A DNA stretch of 64,000 nucleotides from an uncultured Haloferula sp. (GTDB taxonomy: Bacteria; Verrucomicrobiota; Verrucomicrobiia; Verrucomicrobiales; Akkermansiaceae): NCBI GenBank assembly GCA_965652295.1, contig CBFGTS010000002.1, positions 1 through 64,000 of the forward strand, written 5' to 3'. This document shows, piece by piece, positions 32,987 through 41,900 of the stretch. The position numbers and the translations under genes were made by a program. Within the stretch, counting starts at the first letter, position 1. The number at the start of each line of letters is the position of its first letter. The notes under the pieces are model-generated. The model did no database searches and was not told where the DNA came from. It was given only the letters and a program-made list of their open reading frames with translations.

Positions 32987-33280
32987 ATGGCGACAAAACC
33001 CAAGCGACACAGCATGACCGAAGCCCTGAAACGGCGCGACGACGTGCAAGCCTTCCTTCAAGAGGGCAGGCCGCAACCCGAGAATACAGCGACCAAGAAC
33101 TCCTCCAAACCTGTCACCCAGACCATGGAGCCGCGCATCGCCGTCACCGTCCGCCTGCCGGAAAGCCTCGCCCACGCACTGATCGACGCCTCCGCCGACC
33201 GCCGGAAGAACCGCCAGAAGTCCTGGAGCCAGCAGGACATCGTAGCCGAGGCGCTGCAGCAACTTTTGGGTGCCGAGTAG
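32987..33280 (+). CDS. Small ParA partner, ParG-like ribbon-helix-helix protein
   Basis: GAGGAG RBS; flexible N-terminus then IAVTVRLPESLAHAL...QQDIVAEALQQLL. Confidence 0.7.
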   Translation: MATKPKRHSMTEALKRRDDVQAFLQEGRPQPENTATKNSSKPVTQTMEPRIAVTVRLPESLAHALIDASADRRKNRQKSWSQQDIVAEALQQLLGAE

Positions 33281-33351
33281 CTTCCAGCCTCCCGATTCGA
33301 TTTAGGGGCGACGTCGACCCTTCAAGTTTCCAAAATACCCCTTGCTGATTT

Positions 33352-33374
33352 CACCACTTTGGTGCGAAGTGGTG
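33352..33374. promoter_or_regulatory. Palindromic operator upstream of mad1
   Basis: CACCACTT-N7-AAGTGGTG ending 4 bp before the ATG of the RHH gene; TTGCTG at 33342. Confidence 0.6.
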
Positions 33375-33378
33375 CGTC

Positions 33379-33555
33379 ATGAAAAATCGTCGCGATCCTG
33401 CCCAACGGGAAGCGGTCACCCGGCTCTCCATCAGCATCCCCGCAGTGGACAAGGCGGCGCTTGAGAAAATCGCCTTGGAAAAGAAGGTCAGCCTCGCGTG
33501 GGTGCTTCGGGATGCTGTTTCAAGATACTTGGAGACCGACCCGCCGGAACGCTGA
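33379..33555 (+). CDS. mad1: CopG/RHH regulator, MADS Mad1-like (58 aa, absent from the ORF track)
   Basis: MKNRRDPAQREAVTRLSISIPAVDKAALEKIALEKKVSLAWVLRDAVSRYL: beta-helix-helix RHH pattern; first gene of the operon. Confidence 0.85.
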   Translation: MKNRRDPAQREAVTRLSISIPAVDKAALEKIALEKKVSLAWVLRDAVSRYLETDPPER

Positions 33556-33639
33556 ACGTGCCATATTCCTCTCGACCATAGCCCTACAGATGTCCTTCCC
33601 CCCACGCCAACAATCCTCAACGTCTCCCTGAATCATCTC

Positions 33640-35640
33640 ATGCCCAAACAGAAGAAAACCGACCCCGACCGGCTGCTCAAGGCGGGGGAGGTCATGGACA
33701 TCATCACCGAACAGCCGGTGAAAGACACTCCCAAGGAGAAAATCCGGCAGGAGGTGGCCCGCCAGCTGATCTTCGAATACCAGATCGCCCCGGAGTCGAT
33801 GGAGAAGGACTTCAAGGTCAAGGTCGATGGCCGGAGCAAGAAAGTGGACATCGCCATCTTTGAGGCAGGAGAGGAACACATTGAGTCGAATCTGGTCCGG
33901 GTGGTGGTCTGTCGACCTGCCCCGAAGACGAGCAAGAAGGGCGTGGTCAAGATCCGCGACTTCAAGCAGGCGGCTAAAGACCTCGAAGAGCTGAAGCTCT
34001 TCATGCAGTCGGTCGATACCTGCGAGTGGGGCCTGTGGACGAATGGTCTGGAGCGGTTCTTCCTCCGTCGCGAGAAGAAGCGCTTCGAATACAAGTTCCA
34101 TCCTCATGGCGACTGGCCGATGGCCGACGGAACCATGACCACTCCGGACAAGCACCCGGAGATTGTGGGGCGGCCAGGAGAGGAGAGCGGCCTGAGGCGA
34201 GCTTTCCAGCGCTGCCACAACTTCATTCACGGCAACGAAGGCATGCCGAAAGACGCGGCCTTCTGGCAGTTTCTCTACCTGATCTTCGCCAAGATGTGGG
34301 ACGAGAAGCACAACCGAAACGAGAAGCGGCAGTTCTTTGCGGAGGCGACCGAGCCCTTCGATGAAGAGGGCCGCATGAAGATTCGCGCCCGGATCAAGCC
34401 TCTCTTCGAGGCGGTGAAGCGCCAGTATCCGACCTTGTTCCGCCCGAGTGACGAGATCACACTTTCCGACCGGGCTCTCGCCTATATGGTGATGGAGCTG
34501 GCTCGATACAATTTCACCCGTTCTGACGTGGACGCAAAAGGGGCGGCTTATCAGGAGATCGTGGGAGCCAATTTGCGGGGCGACCGGGGCCAGTATTTCA
34601 CCCCTCGCCGTGCCGTGGATCTTGTTGTCCGAATCCTCGATCCCAAACCCAACGAAGTCGCGGTCGACATCGCCTGCGGGACGGGCGGGTTCCTGGTCTC
34701 CACCCTGGCACATCAGCTCAGAAGGTTCAGGGCCGAATACAAGCGGGAGCCCGGTGATACGACCACAGACACCATCCTCGAACGCCTTCAGGACTACGCT
34801 CGGAATTATCTTTTCGGATCCGATTTCGACCCGTTCCTGGTTCGAGCTGCGACCATGAACGTCCTGATGGCGGCCAATGTGGAGGGAAACATCTTCCACA
34901 TGGATTCGCTGGCCTTCCCTAACAGCCACCTTGCCGGAAACGATCCTGCGAAACGGAAGATTCCGTTTGGATCGATCGACGTCCTGATGACCAACCCGCC
35001 GTTTGGCTCCGAAATCCCCATTACCGAACCGGCGATCCTCGACAGCAACCCGCTGGCAATCCGGTGGACCAAAAACAAGCAGGGTGAGTGGGAAGAGCAA
35101 ACCAACCGCCATAATGCAGTGGCCCCCGAGGTCCTCTTCATCTCGCAGGCGGTCAAGTGGCTCAAGGATGGTGGTCGGATGGGAATCGTTCTTCCTAACG
35201 GCATCCTGGGAAATCCAGGCGACGAACCGATTCGCCGATGGATCCTCCGAAATTGCTGGGTGCTTGCCTGCGTGGAGGTTCCGGTCGAGGCGTTCATCGT
35301 GGAGGCAAATGTGGGAATCCTCACAAGTCTGCTCTTCCTCAAGAAGAAGACTGAGGCTGAGATGTTTGCCGAAGCCCAAGGTCACACTAAGGAGTATCCC
35401 ATCTTCATGGCAGTGGCGGAGAAGGCAGGCGTGGACCGCCGTGGCAACACCCTTTACAAGCGCAATCCTGATGGCACCGAGAGGGTCGTCACTCGCGTCG
35501 TGACCGAGAAGGTTAAGATCAATGGCGAAACGATCGTGCGCGACCGCCAGCTCGTGGAGCCTGAGGTCGATGACGACTTTCCGACCATCGGCGATGCCTA
35601 TGAGGAATTCCGCCGCAAAAACCCCGAACCCGGATCATGA
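33640..35640 (+). CDS. mad2: N6-adenine DNA methyltransferase (HsdM-like) with N-terminal HsdR_N-like domain, MADS Mad2-like
   Basis: PKEKIRQ..KVDIAIF..WTNG; RGQYFTPR, DIACGTGGFL, TNPPFG, GRMGIVLPNG. Confidence 0.88.
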   Translation: MPKQKKTDPDRLLKAGEVMDIITEQPVKDTPKEKIRQEVARQLIFEYQIAPESMEKDFKVKVDGRSKKVDIAIFEAGEEHIESNLVRVVVCRPAPKTSKKGVVKIRDFKQAAKDLEELKLFMQSVDTCEWGLWTNGLERFFLRREKKRFEYKFHPHGDWPMADGTMTTPDKHPEIVGRPGEESGLRRAFQRCHNFIHGNEGMPKDAAFWQFLYLIFAKMWDEKHNRNEKRQFFAEATEPFDEEGRMKIRARIKPLFEAVKRQYPTLFRPSDEITLSDRALAYMVMELARYNFTRSDVDAKGAAYQEIVGANLRGDRGQYFTPRRAVDLVVRILDPKPNEVAVDIACGTGGFLVSTLAHQLRRFRAEYKREPGDTTTDTILERLQDYARNYLFGSDFDPFLVRAATMNVLMAANVEGNIFHMDSLAFPNSHLAGNDPAKRKIPFGSIDVLMTNPPFGSEIPITEPAILDSNPLAIRWTKNKQGEWEEQTNRHNAVAPEVLFISQAVKWLKDGGRMGIVLPNGILGNPGDEPIRRWILRNCWVLACVEVPVEAFIVEANVGILTSLLFLKKKTEAEMFAEAQGHTKEYPIFMAVAEKAGVDRRGNTLYKRNPDGTERVVTRVVTEKVKINGETIVRDRQLVEPEVDDDFPTIGDAYEEFRRKNPEPGS

Positions 35641-36941
35641 TCACGCGAATAGAAGCATACCGCTACAAATGCTTCGAGCGCCTTCGGCTCGATGTGGGTC
35701 GCTATCAAGTTATTGTCGGCCGAAACGGGGCGGGAAAATCCACACTTCTCGATATACCCGGCCTGATCGGCGAAATGCTGGAAGCTCGAGGTATCGAAAA
35801 GCCTTTTTTCGGCACTCGTGAGCGACTGGCACCGCGTGCGGTTGTTGCTGAGGATCTTCTCTTCGGGGGAAAAGGTGACTGGTTTGCTATTGCGATCGAG
35901 GCTGCCATTCCTGACGCGCTCATGACCCAGCTTGAGCGAAAGCGGTTCGAGGAGGCGACGAAGCGTGAACAAGCCCAGCTACAGAAACACCCCGAACGCA
36001 ACTCTGGCGTGGTTCGATACGAACTGGCCTTCCGAGTCGCCGACGGAGCCGTGACGATCTCTCAGGAGCAGTTGTTCCTACTTCCGAGAGACCGGGATCT
36101 CGTAGGGGATACACCGGACGGTCTTTGGGGTGACATCGAATTCCCAAGAAGCTCTCCCGTCCAGCGGGTGATCGGTCGTGGAAGTGATGGCGTCAGCCTG
36201 TTGGAGCCCGAGGTCGGGAAGCGAGGAACGCCACATCGTGCCAATATGCCTATCACGACGCCTGCGCTTTCCGGAGCACCAGTCGATCTGGGGCAGTTCG
36301 GAGTCAGCGACTGGTTACGCAATTATCTTGGACGGGATGTCCTCGCCGTGAACCTCAACCTTCCGGCCATGCGGGATGCCCAGCGTCGCCCGGCTGAGGG
36401 ATTCAAGGTCGCGGCGGACGGGACCACACTCCCATGGTCGGTACTGAATCTCGCAAAGAAAGCGGAGAGCCACGCGGAATGGGTGTCGCACATTTCGAGC
36501 GCTCTTCCGCTGATAGAGAATGTCACGGCTACCACGCAACCCGCCGACAATCGCGCCTACCTCGAAGTTGCCTATCGCACCGGATTTTCCGTCAAGTCCG
36601 TCGGCTTGTCGGACGGCACCTTTTCATTGTTAGCCCTCACCATTCTCCCTTTCCTGGACAACGTTCCCTCATTGGTGGCGGTTGAGGAGCCCGAGAATGG
36701 CATCCACCCCAAAGCGGTTGAAGTGATCCTGGAGTCCCTTCAAGTCATGGAAAGCTCGCAGGCCTGGGTGACCACCCACTCGCCCATCGTGGTCGCCGTA
36801 ACTGAGCCTGCAAATCTCATCTGCCTAACGATGACCAAGACCAACGGCGTGGAGGCCGTGCGAGGTGACCAGCACGATTTGTTGTCCAAATGGCAGGGTA
36901 TTCCCACCCTTGATGTTCTTTTCAGCTCCGGAGTCCTCTAA
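35637..36941 (+). CDS. mad3: ABC/AAA_21-type ATPase, MADS Mad3-like
   Basis: Walker A GRNGAGKST, signature LSDGT, Walker B VEEPENGIHP, TTHSP; ATGA overlap with mad2. Confidence 0.88.
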   Translation: MITRIEAYRYKCFERLRLDVGRYQVIVGRNGAGKSTLLDIPGLIGEMLEARGIEKPFFGTRERLAPRAVVAEDLLFGGKGDWFAIAIEAAIPDALMTQLERKRFEEATKREQAQLQKHPERNSGVVRYELAFRVADGAVTISQEQLFLLPRDRDLVGDTPDGLWGDIEFPRSSPVQRVIGRGSDGVSLLEPEVGKRGTPHRANMPITTPALSGAPVDLGQFGVSDWLRNYLGRDVLAVNLNLPAMRDAQRRPAEGFKVAADGTTLPWSVLNLAKKAESHAEWVSHISSALPLIENVTATTQPADNRAYLEVAYRTGFSVKSVGLSDGTFSLLALTILPFLDNVPSLVAVEEPENGIHPKAVEVILESLQVMESSQAWVTTHSPIVVAVTEPANLICLTMTKTNGVEAVRGDQHDLLSKWQGIPTLDVLFSSGVL

Positions 36942-37603
36942 TGCGCGACGTCATTTTCCATCTTGCCGATCAACACATGGAAGCAGGCTTCCGGGCCTTT
37001 TTCGCACGTGCCGACTGGCACCACGTGCTTGGCTGTGATCAATTCACAATCGATGCCGACAGCGAGCGGGACATTTACCGCAAAGGAGGCTACACCGATG
37101 GCGGTCTCTGGAAGCACGCCCATACGAACCTCACGCCCTTCAAAGAGGAATACCGTCGCGCGGTGATCGTACTGGATGCCGATTTCGAGCCGCATCCTGG
37201 CTCCGAAACTCTGCAAGCCGACATTTCAAGAAACATGCTCGCCGCCGGCTGGGAAGAGAACTCGTTTTGTGTGGTGGTAATCGACAAAGAACTCGAAGCC
37301 TGGCTATGGGCACCGAATCTGAACGTGGCGAAGGCCTTTGGTCACAACGACTTCGAGCAAATGCGCGCGGCATTAGCCGCTAAGCAGCTCTGGGACGATG
37401 GTGCTCCCAAGCCGAACGACCTCAAGCGAGCGCGCGACTTGGCAGCCAAGCTTGGAGGCAAGAGGACAGGTAGCCCCATCTTTAGGGGGGTCTTCGGTGG
37501 TATTTCGAAACGTGCCTGCGATTTGTGTCAGGAGGAAGGCTTTACCTCTATGCGAGCGGCAATCCGAACATGGTTCCCCAAAACGGAAGGAGGTGCCGCG
37601 TGA
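36941..37603 (+). CDS. mad4: TOPRIM/DUF4276-like protein, MADS Mad4-like
   Basis: VIVLDADF and VIDKELEAWLW motifs; TAATG coupling to the ATPase. Confidence 0.8.
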   Translation: MRDVIFHLADQHMEAGFRAFFARADWHHVLGCDQFTIDADSERDIYRKGGYTDGGLWKHAHTNLTPFKEEYRRAVIVLDADFEPHPGSETLQADISRNMLAAGWEENSFCVVVIDKELEAWLWAPNLNVAKAFGHNDFEQMRAALAAKQLWDDGAPKPNDLKRARDLAAKLGGKRTGSPIFRGVFGGISKRACDLCQEEGFTSMRAAIRTWFPKTEGGAA

Positions 37604-38985
37604 AGGCTTCGACTATCAAGAGCACTTGGCTGCCGAAGGGCGGCTTCCGTCTCGACTGTTCACCCTACCTCGGTGGGGCGATCGAAACGGAGATTCTGTT
37701 GGAAGAATTGCCGGTTCGGAAGGACTCACTCGGCAGCGTTACTAGTGCGATCTTTAACGGCCCGAAGTTTTCCCGGACGTTCGTTGACGATCCGGAGCAC
37801 GGGGTAAGATTCATTGGAGGCAGCGATTTACAAAAAGCGGATCTCGAAGAGCTGCCCTTATTGAGCAGATCGCAGGCCTATGGAAAACAACTCCGTCATC
37901 TAGAGATCAGGGAGGGCATGACGCTTATCACGTGTTCTGGAACTATTGGTAAAATGGCATACGCCCGGCAAGAGCTGGAAGGAATCTGGTCGTCGCAGCA
38001 TATTATGAAAGTTGTTCCGGATCCAGATGTCATTCGATCCGGTTACCTCTACGCGTTCCTGAGCAGTCGTTTCGGCGTTCCACTTGTGGTGGCGGGCACC
38101 TACGGTTCAATCATCCAGTCTATCGAACCTCATCACATTTCCGGTCTGTCTATCCCGAGATTCGGTGATGCAACCGAAGAGAAGATACATCAACTGATTG
38201 AGGATTCAGGCCGACTGCGAAGCCAAGCCAGTGAACTCAAGAAGAAAGCTGTTCGAAGATTCGAGTCAGCATGCGGTATTGGGCCTGCCATGCCGCCCCG
38301 CAGTTATCCTAGGCCGCTGTATGGACGGGCAACTTCACGGATGATGGATGCTAGAATGGACGCTACCTTTTACGTGCCACCCTGCACAGATGCTCGAGAG
38401 GCGTTCGACCACTCTGGAACAAACAGAGCGATTGGTGAGGTTGCTCGGGTATTCATCCCCGGAATCTTCAAGCGCCAATATTCCGAAGACCCCAACTTCG
38501 GCTATCCCTACATCACTGGGGCGGACGTGTTTTGTATTCGACCGCAAAGCAATCAGTTTCTGATGAAAGGAGTTGCTGAGAAATATGACTTGGTGCTCGA
38601 ACGAGGAATGATCCTGATTCACGAGGCGGGTCAGCGTTACGGGCTAATCGGAAGATCCGTCATGGTGGGTGACACCCTTGCTGGTTTTTCTTGCACGAAC
38701 AACATGGTTCGTGTCTTTCCAAAAAATCCTGACGAGGCCGGTTATATTTACACCGTACTGAGTAGTGAATTTGGGATCCGACTGCTCAAACGTGAGGCAG
38801 CTGGATCGTCGATTCCTCACCTTGATGAAGGGCGGGTCAGCCGCTTGAAGATTCCTTGGCCTAGCTCCGCAATCCGGAATGAGATCTCAGGGGTCATGCA
38901 TCAGGCCCGCTCGAATTGGGATTTAGCGGATAAGAGTGAGGAGGCCGCTCTCGAGCTTCTTTCGAACGCCATTCTAAATCACTGA
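37600..38985 (+). CDS. mad5: HsdS-like specificity subunit, MADS Mad5-like
   Basis: GGAGGT RBS plus GTG overlapping the upstream TGA; two TRD-like halves (RLDCSPY..GTIG..GSIIQSIEP..IP; RMDATFY..GLIG..GSSIPHLD..IP). Confidence 0.85.
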   Translation: MKASTIKSTWLPKGGFRLDCSPYLGGAIETEILLEELPVRKDSLGSVTSAIFNGPKFSRTFVDDPEHGVRFIGGSDLQKADLEELPLLSRSQAYGKQLRHLEIREGMTLITCSGTIGKMAYARQELEGIWSSQHIMKVVPDPDVIRSGYLYAFLSSRFGVPLVVAGTYGSIIQSIEPHHISGLSIPRFGDATEEKIHQLIEDSGRLRSQASELKKKAVRRFESACGIGPAMPPRSYPRPLYGRATSRMMDARMDATFYVPPCTDAREAFDHSGTNRAIGEVARVFIPGIFKRQYSEDPNFGYPYITGADVFCIRPQSNQFLMKGVAEKYDLVLERGMILIHEAGQRYGLIGRSVMVGDTLAGFSCTNNMVRVFPKNPDEAGYIYTVLSSEFGIRLLKREAAGSSIPHLDEGRVSRLKIPWPSSAIRNEISGVMHQARSNWDLADKSEEAALELLSNAILNH

Positions 38986-38992
38986 CTTTCCC

Positions 38993-41900
38993 ATGGCCCA
39001 AGTCATTCCCATCGGACAACCGGAGAACGACCCCGAGCGCAAGGTCATCGCACTGCTGCGTGACGGCCTACCCGACGACTATCGGGTGGTGCATAACTTC
39101 GAGCTTCGGGGCGAAGGTGGCCAGTGGTTCGAAATCGACGTGGCAGTGGTCGCTCCCCACGCCGTTTACCTCATCGACGTTAAATCGACCTACGGGGAGA
39201 TTCATGTGGCGGGCGGCAAGTGGCACCCGGAAGGAAGGACGCCATATGCTTCACCACTAGCCAAGCTGCGGCAGCACGCGAGGGTCTTTCATGGCATGTT
39301 AGCAGACGCAGCCGGCCCCGGGTCGCAGGGCCTTCGGCACGTTTGGAGTGAAGCCCTGATCATCCTGACAAATCCCAGTGCCGTGCTCCGCGACCCGGAA
39401 GGGCGGGATCGCGATCAAGTGTCCCACATCGACAAGGCGATCCAGCACCTGCGCGATCCGTCCCGGCTTCCGCAGGTCCACTTCACCCGAGAGTCAACCC
39501 AGCTCCATCTCGGAAAGATTCTGGCGATTTTCAGCGGCAAGAATGCCCGCCCCTCCCAGCAGTTGCCGCGTCTCGGCCTCTCCTGGCAGTGCGAGGAGCG
39601 GCTTACATCGAACGACTTCTACACCGAGTACCGTGCCAGAAACGCGACGGTCCAGACGGCCGAGCGGGTGATTCTTCGGCTCTACCGCGCCGACCCATAC
39701 AAGATGGCTGAGGAGCGGGAGGCGGAGCGGGTGCGCATCGCAAATGCCTACACGGCGCTGACGAAGCTTCCCCCGCACCCCTGCATCCCGGCCGCCCGGG
39801 ATTTCTTCCCGACGGAGCGCGAGGATGGCTACGTCTTGGTTCTCAATGATGCCCCCGGAAGCTCGCTCCGAGTCCACATTGCGAAGGCCCAACAGCAGCT
39901 GACCATGGATCAGAAGCTGAAGGTCGCCGAGGACCTGCTCAGTGCGCTGGCCCATTGCCATGCTCATGGCGTGATCCACCGGGGCGTTTCCCCGGACAGT
40001 ATTTTGCTCGGGCTCGATGGTAGGGCAAAGCTGATCGACTTCGACTTCGCCCGTCCGGGCGCTCCTCGGGAGCGCACCGTCGCTAGCGAAGTCGTCGCAG
40101 TCATCGATCACACCTATCTCGCACCGGAGCTGAAGGACAACGTCGCGAACGCAAGCGCGGCATCTGATGTCTATGCGGCCGGCGCAACCCTCTACGAACT
40201 ACTCACCGGCAAGCCGACCTTCAAGAGCCTGGAAGAAGGCATGAACGCGACCCACGTCTTCCCCGAGCGGGCGGGCGCGGTCATTGCAGACATGCCGGAG
40301 GGATTCGACGCGTGGCTGGAATCGCTCTGCCGGTTCGGTCCATCCGACCGCCCCGACGCCCACGATGCCCTCGCCGGTTTTCGAGTGCTTTTTGCGCCAC
40401 CTGCGATTCCCGCTGAAGAGGAGGCCGAGTCCACGGAAACGCTGGTGCCGATCGACTACACCAATCTGCCAGCAAAGTTCGAACTGAAGAACCGGTTTCT
40501 CGTCGAGGCACCGCTCGGCAAGGGAGGATTCGGAAGGGTCTACAAAGTGGTGGACACCTACGCGGATGAGACCCGGGCATTGAAGATCATTACCCAGGAT
40601 CGTTCATCGACCCGCGAGCGGATGAAGCAGGAGTTCCGCGTCCTTACGAAACTCCCGGCCCATGAGAACGTGGTCAGGGTCTTCGATGGCGATTGCCTCG
40701 AAGGAGACACGATCCCCTACATCCTGATGGAATACGTCGAGGGCGAGTCTGCTCTCGACCTGATTGGCCGACGGAAGCTGTCTCTCGCCGAAACGATCCG
40801 CCTCGGCATCCAGGTGGCGCAGGGTTTGGACCACTGTCACCGGAACGGAGTCTCCCATGGAGACATCAAGCCGGACAACCTGCTCTGGACGCCGCAGGGT
40901 GAGGTGAAAATCATCGATTTCAATGTCTCCGTCAAAGATGGCGATGACCTCGCTAGAGAAGGTGGAACCTTGAAATACGTCCCGCCCGAAACCGATCGAT
41001 CCATACCCTCCACATCTCAAGAACGGTATGAGCGCGACGTGTATGCCCTCGGCGTCACCCTCTATGAGGCTGTCACAGGCATTTACCCCTGGGAGGGATC
41101 GAAATCTCCGCTGCTCGGCAAGGGCGCCAAAGATCCAAGGGAACTCAGTGGCTGCGAGGACTTGTCCGAATCTCTGGCAACCCTGCTAGTGAATGTTATT
41201 GCCCCGGAAACGAGTGACCGATTTTCGAGTGCTTCGGACCTAGCAAAGGCGCTGACCGAGATCCAGTCGACCCTCCGGAAGCCAGCTGTTCTACGGGCGC
41301 CGACGATGCCGGCGATCTCACTGCCTGTAGCCAGGCCGAATACGAACCCCTTCGTTTCCTATCTCCTCACGCTCTACAGCCAAAGCAAGCGAACCAATGC
41401 AGGCACGCGGGGTCTGAATGACATGGGCCGCGCCATCTACGTCGAGACCGCCCTGGACCGCGAGCTTCAGCCCGCCACGTTGCAGGGCCAGTTTCGCCTC
41501 GTATTGATCAGCGGAAATGCCGGAGACGGTAAGACCGCCTTTATTCAGCAAATCGAGGAGCTGATCCGGAAGAACGGTCGGATAGTGGAACCGATCGCCT
41601 CGGGGAATGGCTCCCGCTTCGAGTGGGAGGGTCGCAAGTTCGTAACCAACTACGACGGCAGCCAGGACGAGGGAGACAAGGTCAACGATCAGGTGTTGAA
41701 GGAGTTCTTCAAACCGTTTGCTGGTGATGATGCTTCAGCTTGGGCGGACGAGGAAACGCGGATCATTGCAATCAACGAGGGTCGCCTCATCGATTTCCTT
41801 GAGCAGTTCGGCGGGGAGTATCGTCATCTTCGCAACGTGATTCAGCGGGGTCTTGCCACCGCGGTGCCAGAAGACGGAGTCGCGGTCGTGAACCTCAACT

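Noticed and set aside
33520..35385. 621-aa minus-strand ORF (likewise 10109-12025, 16955-18628, 18742-20295, 23385-24677, 62565-63842)
   Set aside because: Antisense to well-supported genes; shadow ORFs.
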